This document shows positions 1-12,891 of a stretch of DNA of 64,000 nucleotides, piece after piece. This DNA is from Podarcis pityusensis (lineage: Eukaryota). The notes under the pieces are model-generated. The model ran no database searches and was not told where the DNA came from. It was given only the letters and a program-made list of their open reading frames with translations. Made by a program: the position numbers and the translations under genes. The stretch's first letter is position 1. Every line of letters begins with the position of its first letter. The stretch lies in NCBI GenBank assembly GCA_964106645.2, contig OZ067052.1. The stretch is one strand, 5' to 3'.

Positions 1-380
1 CCAGTCTTAGGCTAAGCTATGTATTCTCAAAGGGTGGTTTACTGGAGCAAGAATCACCAATGGATATAGTAAAATGCAAAGCTTAGCCAGAAGGTCATTT
101 TCAGGTGAAACATCTGCAAGGGATTTCACGGCAAGGTAACCTTCATTTAGATAAGGTGAGCAAGATTTATCAGGGATAGGGGGTCATGCTCGCACCTCAC
201 ATTTCACTGCTTTTAAACAGATATGGTTCTGGTTTTATAAGTGAAGTACCTACCAAAAAGTAAGCAGGGACAGCATCACCTGTCATTGAATCTTCAGAAG
301 TTTTACTTCTTAAACCAGGGATGGGGAACTTGTTGCCCCCCAATTCCCATCAGTCCTAGTCAGTGGTCAACTGTCAGGAA

Positions 381-530
381 TAGGGATGGAAGAGGAATTC
401 AATTCAGTTCACTTTTCAAAGCAAACTTAACTAATTCACAATTCCCAAAACAATATGCAAACCGAAACAGAGACACCTCTCAAAATTTGCACTGCTCTGA
501 GTTTTGCAATGAAGTTCTCCAGCCACTTGG
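381..530. mobile_element. End fragment of an old TAGGGATG-ended DNA-transposon-like repeat
   Basis: Similar sequences recur at ~10545-10810, ~37465-37930, ~41440-41575, ~50865-51245 and ~57848-58190; all strongly diverged. Confidence 0.5.
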
Positions 531-1184
531 AGATGGGGAATAAAGAGGAAAGGCCCCATAGGTGGGGTAAACTACAGCCACTTTGTTTAAAGTATAACCT
601 AAGCAATTACAAATTTCAACAGCTGCATAAGGGGGAACCAACTCTGTGCAAGAAAATACAAAACTATCAGGCTCCTATACCTGCCAATTGGGTAATCTAT
701 ACTACAGGGAGGAAGAGTTGGCATTAAACCCAACTCTTTCCCCTGGCCATGGAGGAGGTAGGTCTTCCTGGTTCATGCCCTCTCACAGCTGCACAACTCC
801 AAGTGAGGGGCACAGGCTAACCATAAAAGTGATCCACACCCTGCTCCATAGATCACACAGCCCAGTGTGCACATGTCAGGAATCACTAGTCACCTGAAAG
901 GGCCTCACCATCTGAGTCTACCTCTTCACACACACACCTGCCAAGTTACAAAACCAAGGAAACCAATCTATTTATTTAGCTGACATCCATTCACAAAAAG
1001 ATTCCCCACCGTATGCCAATTGCAAAAGGAAACAAATTGTACTCGGTCCCAAGTCTGGCAACCAGTTTAGACTCATATTGCCTACTGGGAGAGAGGGAGA
1101 GCTGGGTGTCACACTTTGAAGATCCTCTGAAGACCTTGAAGACCCTCTGCCCACACCTACCCTAAGCTGGCAAACCCAGCTCTG

Positions 1185-1590
1185 GGAAGGCCAATGTCCC
1201 ATCTAGTCGAGCATCCTGTTCTCAGAGTAGTCTACTCAGTGGTGGAAGAACCCTCTCTGGCACCTGGGATGGGATGCCAAGGGGCAGGGCGAACTGCACA
1301 GTGGCACATGCGCTGCATCCCATATGGACGCCATTCAAGTGACGCCCATACTAACTCTGCGCACACCCTCAGCCACCCTACAGCTGGGGGGAGGCAGCGG
1401 GCCCTCTTGTCACCCCCAAGTGGTTCCTGGGGTGGCCCGCCCCCTCTTCCCCCCCCCCTTCGTATGCCCTTGAGCCTACCAGATGCCTGTGGGAAACCAG
1501 TGAGCAGGACCTGAGTGCTCTCCCCTCCTACGGCTTCCAGGGACAGGTATTCAGAAGCATTGCTGCCTCTGAATTCCATTCATGGCTCTG
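1185..1590 (-). mobile_element. CR1 LINE 3' UTR fragment, interrupted by a hAT MITE
   Basis: ccatctagtcgagcatcctgttctc...cagatgcctgtgggaaacc...ggtattcagaagcattgctgcctc matches the CR1 tails at 47800-48705 and 60405-60682. Confidence 0.7.
1237..1472. mobile_element. Non-autonomous hAT-type MITE
   Basis: Degenerate TIRs (CAGTGGTGGAAGAA / CAAGGGCATACGAA); 8-bp TSD agtctact/agcctacc (2 mismatches); removing it restores the CR1 tail. Confidence 0.65.
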
Positions 1591-2868
1591 CCACACGCCT
1601 TGCTAGGGCCACTTCATTCTAATCGGGCTGATTGTGAGATTACAGCTGCTTTGGAATCATTAGAGCTGCTGGAAGGCACTCAGTGCCACGTCCGCACCTT
1701 TTCCAGCTCTGCAGAAGCTGTTCCAGTTTAATTTCTGCAGGGACTGGATGCTGAGATACATGAGAAATGAGAGAAGTAGGGAGGTGGGAAGAGAGGCAAA
1801 ATCCTAGGTCAACTAATCCTTTATAAAGAAACCCACCCACCCCCCAATAAGAAGAGGATTAGGTGACTTATATTCTACTTTTATTAAATTAAATTATTGG
1901 GTTTTTTTCCCCATCCCTCTTTCTCATCTTCTCTCTTGTGCGCACATCCACACACATACAGAAAAGGAGACCAGAAGCCATCAATCGTATCATGACAAAA
2001 TAGCCGCTGGATTAAAAAAAGCAAAAAAAGAACAGCCTCCACCCTGGCACTCTGCCATCCTAGCTCTTATAAACCGTTGTTAACTGCTGTAATGAACCAA
2101 TCCAGGAGACATATTAATAATGACATGAAGAGACACATTTATTGTTGATTGTTGAGTCCCTGGCAGATTTATCACAGGGTTTCTACCGGGGAAGGCTGGG
2201 CCCTGCAGTGGTGCAATTAAAAACAAATTGGATACAGGGACAAAGAATCAATAATCTAACCGGGCAACTTTTAAGTTTTGCAAAATACAAATATAAATTA
2301 ATTGACATGAACACGGCTGCTAACAGGTCATTAATGCCTTGCTTGCCAGCCAGTCAGAGTGCAAAATGTGTCCCATTAGCTTCATTAGCCTAAACTACCA
2401 CTAAGCATGGCTTTAAGTCATGTTTGTTGGTTTTTCCACCAAAAGCTCCAATGCTTCCTAGAGTTATGCACATTGGACAGCATTTTCCATCCTGGATATT
2501 TAACAGTGAAGGAGGTGGGGAGCGGAGGAACCACTCATTTTGACCAACATGATCTTCAGCATGTATTTATTTAAATGATCATAATCCCCAGCACAAGATG
2601 TACCTAACGCCGTAATTTGTAACTAACGCTGAAGTGCACCTGCCATTTCTTATCCATCTGGTTTTATTTATTTAAGTGCTTACTCGTTTTTCTATACGAA
2701 GCAGCCAACAAACTCCATCTATCCAGTGTAATACATGAAACTCATTAAAATATTAAAACCATTATCTTTCAGTAAAAGCCATCCAAAACAAATAACATCA
2801 AAAAGTAACAGGACCAAGAAGAGCAGCATCAGCAGATCAAAATGAATGTACAGCAGTCAGTCCATGTA

Positions 2869-3053
2869 GGGAAGAGTGATAGCTCAGTGGTAGAGCTCTT
2901 GCCTTGCATGCAGAAGGTCCCAGGTTCAATCCCCAGCCTCTCCAGTTAGGGCTGAAAGAGAATCATGTGGGAAACTCACTGACGGTCAAAGTAGACAATG
3001 ATGACGTAGGTGGACCAAGATTATGGCAGAATAAGGCAGCTTCTTGTACCTTA
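2869..3053 (+). mobile_element. tRNA-derived SINE with CR1-like tail
   Basis: A box tagctcagtggtaga, B box ggttcaatccc, tail ...aataaggcagcttc...; many homologous copies in the window. Confidence 0.8.
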
Positions 3054-3362
3054 TTGGGAAGGTATCGATTCCTGCCTGAAACCCTAGGGAGTCAGTGCCA
3101 TAAAGGACCTGGAACAATACCTCCATGAGAAAAGTTATTTAGTTCAGAAAAATAAATAAAGAGGGAACATTTTCTGCTTCCTCTCAGAATAGTAAAACCC
3201 AATGGGCTCATCCAATAAAGCTGAACATGGAGGTGAGAGAGAGCATAAATAGCAAGTCTTGGCATGGTCAGAGTTTAACTACTTTCCTGTTTCATATCTG
3301 ACATGGAACTGTGGAGGGCCTTGGGGTCTCAAATTTCAGTGGTGCCTGTGTTCTTCATAATA

Positions 3363-3584
3363 CAGTGGTACCTCGGTTTAAGACCTTAATTCGTTCTGGA
3401 GGTCCATTCTTAAGATGAAACTGTTCTTAATCTGAGGTACCACTTTAGCTTATGGGGCCTCCTGCTGCCACTGTCATGCGATTTCTGTTCTCATCTGCAG
3501 CAAAGTTCTTAACCCGAGGTACTATTTCTGGGTTAGTGGAGTCACGTATGTAACCTGAAGCGTCTGTAACCCGAGGTACCACTG
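3363..3584. mobile_element. Tc1/mariner (Tigger-like) MITE
   Basis: TIRs CAGTGGTACCTCGG...CCGAGGTACCACTG flanked by TA on both sides; homologous to 35647-35872 and 49105-49319. Confidence 0.9.
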
Positions 3585-5033
3585 TAGTTGAGGAAACCTT
3601 TGTGGCACCCCCAAGGTTCCATGCTGAACCGGTCATGCTCCCCTAAATCTGTCTCTGCATGGAAGTAGTTCTTAGGAGAACAAGTCCTAAGTGATGCTAC
3701 AAAGACCAGCATGATCCTATCTGAATATATTTGGGCGGGGAAGAAGCCTTATCACCATCATGCCTAAAAAAATACTAGGTACTGTACAGAAGGAGTAAAA
3801 CCCAGCCTCCAAGTTGCTGAATGCTCCCGAGGAATCTTATCGCCTCCAGGTTTTTGCCAGGTAAGTTCTAATTGGGCAGAGCACTTAATAGAAATGCTAA
3901 CTCAAAGGATTGGAAACGGATCCTATTAAAGAGAAAAGATAATCACATCAAGAGTCTCCAAGCAGATAGTTCACATGCAAGTGAAAACTCTCAAGAGAAC
4001 CACTACTGTTGTCAGGAAATGGATTTCAAGCCCGGGTGGAAGAAATGCACATCAGCAAGGAAGAGGGCTGCCCCTGTGTTATTGTTCCTGCACTTCATGA
4101 AGCTTCAGGGTTGTAGTCAGGAGGATACTAGTCCCTTGAGGCAAAAAAGACTACAAGTTCAGCATTCACTGTAATAAATAGATAAAGTCAAAGTGATTTA
4201 TTGGCGGGAGTGCACCACAAACCCCAACTGTTATGTGATCTTCCACCACAGCTATGCAATTCACAGAGAGTTGGATCAAAAGGGCACAGAAACAGCCTGT
4301 GCTGGATCAGTCCAAAGCCCCTTTGATTTCAGCTACCTCTTCCCACAGTGGCCAGCAGATCCCTAGCAGGAAATGGGTGCAGCTTCACTCTCCCCACTCA
4401 TGTTCCCAAAACAACTGGTAGTCAGACAATGCTGGGCTAGATGGACCAAAGGTCTGACAGAATAAGGCAGCTTGCTATGTCTTAATTTTGAGAATGGCCG
4501 CAGCTTAGCATGCATACGATAAGTGCCTGAAACCCCTTTGAACTATTGCCAATCAGCTTTGGCATCACTGGACTATATGGACCAGTGGTCTGCCCTGAGC
4601 ATAGGTGCCAACACCCTGGGACCCTGGGTGCCCAAGCACCCACAAAATTCCCCATGAAGGGACCAGGCACCCACAAATTTTGGTGCTAGGGCCATGCACG
4701 CTGCATGGCACCCACAGTCCCTGGTATCCATGGTCACAGGACCAAGCTGGCACTCCTGGCCCTGGGAAAAGATAGATTGTTTGGGCTCGTCCAAACTTCA
4801 GCTTGTTCTGTGCCTAGACAGCATGGTGCTGAGAGGTTTTCTGTTTGTCACATGTTTTCTATGCATGGGTTCAAATGGTTTTGCCTTTGCCCCACTGCTT
4901 TCCCCCAGTAAACCCTCTCTTTACTGATAAATTGGAACAAACGTCAATCTGCAGGAAACCTGACTAGCATTTGCTCCAATTCAGTGCTAAACTGTGTGTT
5001 TCCCTGGGGGAAAGCAGCCCTTATCCTTATCTA

Positions 5034-5229
5034 AGCTGTAGCTCAGTGGCTGGGCACATGTCTCGTGTGCAGAAGGTCCCCGGTTCAATCCTTGGCATCT
5101 CCAGACAGGGCTAGGAAATATCCCCCCCCCCTTCCCAAATGAGAAAGAGCTACTGCCAGTCAGTGCAGACAATACTGAGCTATAGGGAACAATAGACTGA
5201 CTCAGCATTAGGCAGATGCCTATGTTCCA
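5034..5229 (+). mobile_element. tRNA-derived SINE with CR1-like tail
   Basis: gctgtagctcagtgg (A box), ggttcaatcc (B box), tail ending cctatgttcc. Confidence 0.85.
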
Positions 5230-8200
5230 ATGGTGGCTAAACTATACTCCTCTGTATCATTCTTTTTTCTCAGTCTATGTGCAGCGTACCATTTTATTTT
5301 ATTTTTGTATTGTAGAAAAGGCAGACTCCACTGATCACTGTGCTCATAGTAACACTTTCTGGCTTTTGTAAGATGTTTGAGCATTTGATGTCTCTGTAAA
5401 TTTCTCAGACTAGCTTCACGAGTCCAAAGCTGCGGGGGATTGTTAAGAGTCACATCTCACAATACCTAAACCAACCCCATTCTCCATGGCTAGTGAGAAG
5501 GACAAGGTAGTGGTGTTGCCTGGCCTTGCTAAGGTGGTCAAAGAACTGGGAGCTCTTGCCTAACCTGTTTGGAATGTGGATCAACCAGAATGGTGTGTGA
5601 CAGAACATGGTCTTTGAATGAGCATATATACAATAAACACAAAGCATATATACAAGAGGCAGTTTTCAAGCCTTCACAGAATCCTAAACATGCATTGGTA
5701 GTTGCCCATAGTCTCCTGCTAGCTCTATGCTCAATTAACTAGATAAATGACTGTTATGGGTGGGGATATTTTTCTCCGATAACTATGGTAGATTACTGAC
5801 CAAAAAAATAAAAAATAAAAAATCCAGACAGACAATATATTTTTCTGCTTTCCCCTAAAAGGAATGCAGATAAAGAGAAAACAAATTATTTTAATGTTTC
5901 TTTTTGTCTCTCTGTGTGTGGTGGAATTCCCCCCCCTCTCTTTTCCTCTCGTTAAAAGGGGAAGAAAAAAAGTTGAAGCACAGAATTTCTCCCCCCTTCA
6001 GATTTACTCATTGCAAAATCAATATCCATCAGCTGTTTGAAATTAAAGAAGAGGGTTAGGCCCCAGTTTTATACATGCGTTATTGTATTGCGAGAGCTTT
6101 CTACTCAGCCAGATAAATCTTCTTTAAGAGGATTAGGAAACTTTCATTATCTTTATCTAACCTGAACTAACACTAACTCTGAAAAATTAATCTATAGACT
6201 GGACAAAAGCCGATAGCTGTTGCTAAGAAGCCGGGGCCTCTGGAGTTACTTTCTAAATGAAGTGGGTGGAGGGACTTTAACGCCTAACTCTGCTTAGCAG
6301 TTGGAGACTGTGGGGGCTGGGAGTTGAGGGGGGTGGGCAGGGGAAGGAGAAAGAGAAACAAGACCTCCTCATGAGCTGAGCAGGTCACATTATTCCTTGT
6401 GAATAATTTATCCATCGGCTTTGGGCATATTTTTTCTCTATGAATCATTTATTTGTGAGGGAGAAAAAAAGTTCACCCTCCGTTCCCCGGGTGCCAATTA
6501 TTTATGCAACTCTAAGCATGGGGGAAGCACAGGTCTATCTACCCAATAGCAGGCTCCCAAAAGCAGCACTAACTCCCCCCCACACACACCACCAGGAAAC
6601 CATTTGGCTACGAATAACTAAAGATATCCAAGCACAGCTTCTCCCTTGTAAGGAGGAAACACGAGGTAAGGATTTCTCCAGTTCCATTTAGGGGCCTCTT
6701 AACAGAGAGATGCAATATGGGTAAAAATAGGTGCATGGGGAGGGGTGCTAAAGTGGCAGGCTCCGCCTCCAACCTATGCCCAGTGATTGAACTGCATGTG
6801 GACAGCTGGCGTACATACTGCTAGGTTGCCAGACTGCCAGGGTTGACCTGAAATCTTTGCCTCCTTGCCCCCCACTTTCCTTCTCACCTGCATCCTTGAA
6901 TCTCCCAGAGGGCAAGAACGCAGGTGAGAAAGAAATACCCCCTTACTTCAGCTGGGAACTGCGAACACTGCCTTTAGCTTAGGTTACTATCTTAATTTCC
7001 AGCTACCAACCTCTTTGCTCACTTGTTGTTGTTTTTATTTGCACAACATGCTTTTTAGCAACTTTGCTGTCATGCTTAATGTGTCATGCTTAATGACACC
7101 ACTGGGGCCACCCCTGGGTCTCAGGTTCAGGCCCTGGAATATCAGGGTCTTGGATGCTTTTGACTTGACAACCCTATGCACATGTGTGCATGGAGGTATA
7201 TTTGCAGACTTGGAAACCCTGCAAAGGAAAGGCAATAACATGGAGAGCTCCTGGTGCACACACAATTGTACACATATGTGAGGTCTCTCTTCAGATGTTT
7301 AAATAAATGCATGGAGGTCAGAGCAGAACCTGAAACCACAATGTCATTCTTTCCCTCCTCCAAAGTGTGTTTGTTTTATCTCTATTGAAGCCTTCCTGAA
7401 ATTCAGTACAATGGGTTGAATTTCCAAACTAAGGCACTGTGAGAACAAGAGAAAAATATGCATGCCTACTAAATTCACATAATTTATGCAGGCAGCAGAA
7501 TTCAATCTATGCAAGTTGCAGAATTTTTCTCAGCACGGAATTTAGACTGCCTGAACCCAGTTGTTGCTGTTGCTGTTTTTAAATGGTGTGGAGTGTGAGC
7601 AGCTTCTTCTGTTTTGGGGGTTTAACTCAGAACTGTTGAACATATTCCATATCATTGTCATCGTCATCCCATAGGCACAGCAGCAAAAGCCATTCTGAGC
7701 CTTCCTTGTGGGATCAAACATTCTCTTTCAGTCGAACTTCCTCAAAAAAAGGGGACATGCTCTGGGCTTCCTCCTCCTGTTGATGTGCCACTTGATGTAG
7801 AAGCTCCGAGATGCTTCTGTCGGGAAAGGCCTGGGTACTCCCTCTTTCTCTCCTCAATAGCTCGCGTTACGCAAAGGCAGCTCACTCGCAGCAATTCCCC
7901 CTTGAAGTTCTCTGCCAAAAGCCCTTTATGGCCTGCAATGACTTTGACATACTTACACAATCTGTCTTCTCTCCTCCAGAAAGTGATAGCCTTGTTCTGT
8001 CTTCCTCTACAGTACCTGACAGTTCTTTTATTTTGGCACTGTATTTTCCCCAAAGAAGATAATTCCGCTGTCAAGGCCACTAAGGTGGCTCTGCGGCATC
8101 CCTCTCCATATTTAGAGATCTCTCTGTTCCTTTGGAACTTGAGCTCTTATACCAGGCAGAAAAGGAAGAATGTTTTTGTTTTATTTTTATTTTATTAAAA

Positions 8201-8687
8201 AAAAAAAAAAACATTTCCAGCACCCAAAGTATTTCCAAAATATGCACCAGCTAACCCCTACAGTCTCATTGCAACATGATTTTAAGAGATGTTTTCAGTA
8301 TGATGGGAGGGGAGGAGAGAGAGAAATATGTATCTTAAACTAATTTGCTTAAGCACATGTGCTTGAGGTTTGACTGTCACAGTGCTGGCTCAGACAAAGA
8401 CTCTAGGGAAGAAGGAAAAGGTGTCCTGGCAGATTTTTATTTTTTTTAAAAGGATCTATCTACATCTCAGTCAGGAGAAAGGGAGAAAACATGTCTCTGT
8501 ATTCACAACACAATAAAATATAGACAGACACTAGAAAAGACAGCTTGTGAAAAGCAAGCATAGCTATATTCTTAGCTCCCACTGGAGATATTGCCCCTTA
8601 CATTCCAAGGGTTATTAAAGAAGTGGGGGTGCTACAGCATATCTCCTTATGTTGCTGGAGTGTTTCCTGCTGCAAGAAAATCTTACT

Positions 8688-8776
8688 TTGCAATCCTAAC
8701 CATGTCTACTCAGGAGTAAGCCCCAACTAAGTTCAATAGTGCTTATTCCAAGGCAAGTGAGGCTAGGACCGCAGCC
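8688..8776. repeat. ~90-bp imperfect palindromic repeat (gcaatccta...taggattgc family)
   Basis: Related copies at ~22255-22350, ~24790-24855, ~37620-37690 and around the LTR at 44650-45300. Confidence 0.55.
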
Positions 8777-9029
8777 TTTTCAATAACATGTTTATTTTTA
8801 CCCAGCTTCCCACAATTACTTGCCAAAAGTGGCAAGCAAGAATAAAAGAACAAAATATTATATTAGTGCTACCCAAAGCACACAGTAGACTTCATCTGTG
8901 TTTCAGAAACGTGTTGGCATATTCCCTCTTCTCTCACCCCCACACAACTGTTATGCTACAACATTGTTAAAAAAAATAAAAATTATATTATTCTGGAATA
9001 CAGCGATGTGACTCGTATATTGACATGCC

Positions 9030-9289
9030 CAGTGACATCTGATGCCCATTGGGACTGCTAAGGTGTAAGGCAGGGAGGTCAACAGTAGGTGGCACCAGAG
9101 GCAATGAGAGGCAGAGCCAATGACAGAGTGAAGTCATTTTACATCCATCCCTATCTTTCTCCCTGCTGAGTTCTACGAGGACAACCCTGAAACTAAGGAA
9201 ACGAAAGCAGAGGCAGGTGAGCTTGGAAGAATCCAGACCAAAGTTGGTGGGGCAGTGTCCTGTTTGCCCTCATGGACCAGCCTCCACTG
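9030..9289. mobile_element. hAT-type MITE (CAGTGGAGGCTG end family)
   Basis: CAGTG...CACTG ends; 8-bp TSD gacatgcc/ggcaagcc (2 mismatches); related to 23008-23294. Confidence 0.6.
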
Positions 9290-9631
9290 GGCAAGCCAAT
9301 GCAAATATTTAGAGCTGGGCCATCAATGACATATCTGGGTTCTTTCAATGAAACTGTACAGACAGGAACATGCTATTAGTCTTCAACAGTGGTAGGAGGT
9401 TTGGAGAGTTGGGGCTGCTGCTCACTTGACCTCTGTTTAGTTGCACCACTGCTGCTTACCAGGAGGTAGAGGGGCAAGGCAGGGGCAATGTGGATGTGGT
9501 GCAAATGCACAGATAGAGCTGATCCAGCATGCTTGCTGGGGTGTTCGCACCGCATCAGCTATGGCCATCATGCTCCTTTGTTCACTCCTGGAATTCAACT
9601 CTTATTCATGGAAATTAATAGATCTAACCTA

Positions 9632-10038
9632 GGCTGCATTCAAATGGCAATTGATTCCATTTCCTGACAAATATTGTTCACATTATATTTGGGCTTTCAC
9701 ATGATGTAACAGCCCCTTCTGAAAAAGCAGTGGAATATAATGCATGTTTAGCACTCATTTCTGTATTATTTGGAAAACCGTGAAAGTAAAGTGATGATAT
9801 TTGGGGTGGTATACCAGCATACAGTTCTTTCCTGCCATTTTCATGGGGGAACAGAAGCACATGTGTGCAAAAAGGGTGGGGAAATAGAGACACTGTCCAA
9901 TGACATTTGTTATTGTGCAGAAACCTACAGTTGCACAACAGGTACTGCAGTGTGAAAGGAACATCAGAAAACAGGGTAGAAGCCCTAGCATTATGATCAG
10001 GAAAATTAATGCATTATTCCCCACATCTGAATGCACCC
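9632..10038. mobile_element. PIF/Harbinger-like non-autonomous element
   Basis: TIRs GGCTGCATTCAAATG...CATCTGAATGCACCC; its first ~145 bp are homologous to both arms of the palindrome at 30580-30860. Superfamily assignment is inferred from TIR style only. Confidence 0.55.
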
Positions 10039-10240
10039 CAAGACAGCAGACCTCACTCATTTCCAAATGACAAAGTACAAGATGAAATCCAGAAGCTCAG
10101 CTACTGAGCAACAAGACAATCAGAACGAGCTCTGAGTTTCCTAACTCCCCAAGCATTATCAGCAATAGCATCCATTTGAAGCCTAGGAAACTGCCCACAT
10201 AAAAACGTCTTTCTTCTTATGCATCTTTGCCAAATCTTAC

Positions 10241-10473
10241 CTTGCACAATAAGATGGACTCGTGATGTCTTTGGATGATTGTCTGTTTGTACGGAGCAGG
10301 TGTAAGGTCCTTCGTCATATATGTCCACGTTATGGATCTTGATACTGTACTGGGTTTTGGTGTTTGTGAGGATAACCACCCGATCATCTATTGACCACTT
10401 ATCATTTCCAGCATAGAGGATAGTGCTGCGGTTCAACCAAGCTACTCGCGTCACCCTGTCATCCACGGTACAC
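10241..10473 (-). CDS. OPCML: Internal coding exon (233 bp) of OPCML/OBCAM (IgLON family), Ig-like domain 1
   Basis: Translates as (R)[77 protein letters not shown], with both Ig cysteines, the core Trp and the D-x-G-x-Y-x-C motif. Polypyrimidine tract and TTTCCAG acceptor end at 10474; GTAAGA donor starts at 10240; length is 1+77x3+1. DDRV and WSID match OPCML rather than neurotrimin (DNRV, WCLD), from recalled sequences. Adjacent exons not seen in the window. Confidence 0.93.
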
Positions 10474-11107
10474 CTGGAAAGGGAGGAAGAGGAAAAAGGA
10501 ATGAGAAGGGCATTGTTATCACCAAGTTAAGAGCATCCCTGAGAGTAGGGATGGGTGGATCTGTCCATTCCTATTTCTCTCATTTTTTTCAATCTGAGGT
10601 TTGGTTCACCCCATTTATGCAGAATTGTGATTTTGCTAAGCAACTTTGCATGAAATTTGTATACACTTCCATGCACATACAATTTTAAAATGAAAGTTTG
10701 GCTTGTATATGCAAGTTTGCATTTTTGTTATCTTTATAGATATATGTATTTTTCATGCACTCTTTGCCATTATATACATTTCTGTTTTGGAAGTGTGGAT
10801 TTCACACTAAAATGGGACCTGAATTAATTTCTCCCACGTTCTCCAAAGCCCTGAGCAATAAGGTGATGCCCAGACCTTGTCTGACCTGGAGAGGGATGAG
10901 CTGAGCCTGGTGGAGGAGGGTGGAGTTCCAACCACCTGGCAGGTCCATGGAAAGAGAAAATGCACTCAGGACTATTCTCATGAATCAGCATCCAATGGTT
11001 ACCTTTCCGGCACAGTTTACAATCTAGATCATGCAAAGGTTCTAAGTTGCATGGGAAGTCTATGCTAGCGGAGCAGGCTGTCCACCTAATAAGTTACTGT
11101 TCCAATA

Positions 11108-11826
11108 TATATGAAATTATACATGGCATGGAGAAAGTGGATAGAAAATAGTTTTTCTCCCTCTCTCACAACACTAGAATGTGTGGAGAACCAATGAAGT
11201 TGAGTGTTGAAAGATTCAGGACGGAAATAAAAATAATTCTTCACACAGCATATAGTTCAACTATGTAACTCATTCCAATAGGAGGCAGTGATGGCCATGA
11301 ACTTGGTTGGCTTTAAAAGGGGACTGGGAAAATTCACGGAGAAGGCTACTGATTGCTAGTAGCCACAATGGCTATGTTAGGGTTGCCATATCTTGAAGAG
11401 CAAAAAAAGAGGACAGCCTGAGCCGCTGCCAGCCTGAGTCAGGGAAAGAGGGGCATGGGTGTGCAGGGCTGCCACCATGCCCACGTGCCTCTTTCTCCGG
11501 CCCGGCCCAGGCTGGCAGCGGCTGCAGCATGCAAAGCAGCCCAAGCTGAGCCCCCCAAGCCCGGACATTTCCTTTAAAATGTAAAAATTCACCTAGATGG
11601 GCATGTTGGCCCCCCAAAAGCAGGCATGTCCGGGTTTTCCCAGACATAGGGCAACCCTAGACTATGTGCCACTTTATGCCTCTTAGTATCATCTGCTGGG
11701 AAACAAAGGTGAGCAGAGTGCTGTTTTGCTCATGTCCAGCTTACAGGCTTCACACAGGCATATGGCCAGCCACTGTGAGAACAGGGTGGTGAACTAAATG
11801 GGGTCATTATCTGATCCCTTATGTTC
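11108..11826 (+). mobile_element. CR1 LINE 3' end (end of ORF2 plus 3' UTR), interrupted by a hAT MITE
   Basis: gagaaagtggataga...aagattcaggac...ggctttaaaaggggactgg...cttatgttcc is a typical CR1 3' region. Confidence 0.8.
11378..11659. mobile_element. hAT (Blackjack-like) MITE
   Basis: TIRs TAGGGTTGCC...GGCAACCCTA; 8-bp TSD ggctatgt/gactatgt. Confidence 0.85.
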
Positions 11827-12891
11827 CAAATGTGTAGAGTGTGATGGAGCTGAGTGATGGAAAATACAGAAGAGGGGCAGGTCAACGAGCATGTTCGCCA
11901 TTCTCCACCTCATGTGATTCTAATCATGCAGGAGAGGGGTGAACATTTGAACCAAGCCCCTGTGTGAAACTACTGCACCACCAAACCATGCAGCAGCACC
12001 AATAAAAACACACTCCCAGGCTTTCATAACAGCAATGGCTAGACAGAAGGTGGATGCATCTGACCATTAATCAGGTATTATCAGCTGCATATTGTGCAGT
12101 CCTTCATGTAGCTTCTTGGTCATCCATTGTAACCTCCATTCACTCACACTCTAAGCCCAGGATTACTTCCGCCAAGGAGAAATGGTGGTTTAAACATGGT
12201 TAAACATTAACATTACTGTGTGATCAAAGTCACCGCCTTGTAATTGGAGACTGCATGGCTAGCCACTGTTTGAATCCATGCAGGGAAGAAGTACTAGGAG
12301 AGCAGGTGTTCGCTGCTCCACAAAAGACTTTGGAGGACCATTTTGACTATTCATTGCCGTCATGCTCTCCACTTTGCTGCTCCCCCACCACTTAATATTA
12401 CAGAGCTTTAAGAAGTACATTTTCAGAGCAGTTAGTTACACTTGGCAAAGAACAAAGCCAAAAAAGGAGGGGGGAGGGAGGAAAAAGACAAGAAAGGAAA
12501 GGAGAGGGTGAGGATTTAGAATGTTCCTCAAGCACACATACCGCTTTAATTCCATTTGATAGAAATGCCTGGTTTATTTACCCGTAAGCTTGGCAGTAGC
12601 ACCCACAGAAAAAGAATGACGGCAACAGCCACAGCAAATTCCCTGCCCATTAGGTAGAATAAAAGGCACCTCAATGGCCTGCTAGCATCTGCCAAGGGTT
12701 GTGCGTAGTGCAGCCTCTGCTACAAAGCTATGCTGAGATAGAGAAGCGGTGTGGAGAAGATGTAAAATAATATGCACTATTGCAATATTATATTGCAATG
12801 GTATAATTTTCCTGCACATAAAATTGTATTCCCCAGTATGCCAATACTGCATCATAACCCAACCCCCCAAGCTATGGGTTGTTCCCCAATA

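Noticed and set aside
2869-2945. tRNA-like heads (also 5034, 37150, 29978) as tRNA genes
   Set aside because: They continue into SINE bodies and tails and lack intact cloverleaf pairing
4600-4732. Small hAT-like element with repeated gcacccac motifs
   Set aside because: TIR-like ends are present but there is no matching 8-bp TSD, so boundaries are not supportable
4815-4833. REST/NRSE-like catggtgctga
   Set aside because: Only one half-site matches
10101-10240. ORF read-through past the splice donor (possible secreted single-Ig isoform)
   Set aside because: A strong GTAAGA donor is present, about 46 open codons is unremarkable by chance, and the peptide has no recognisable features
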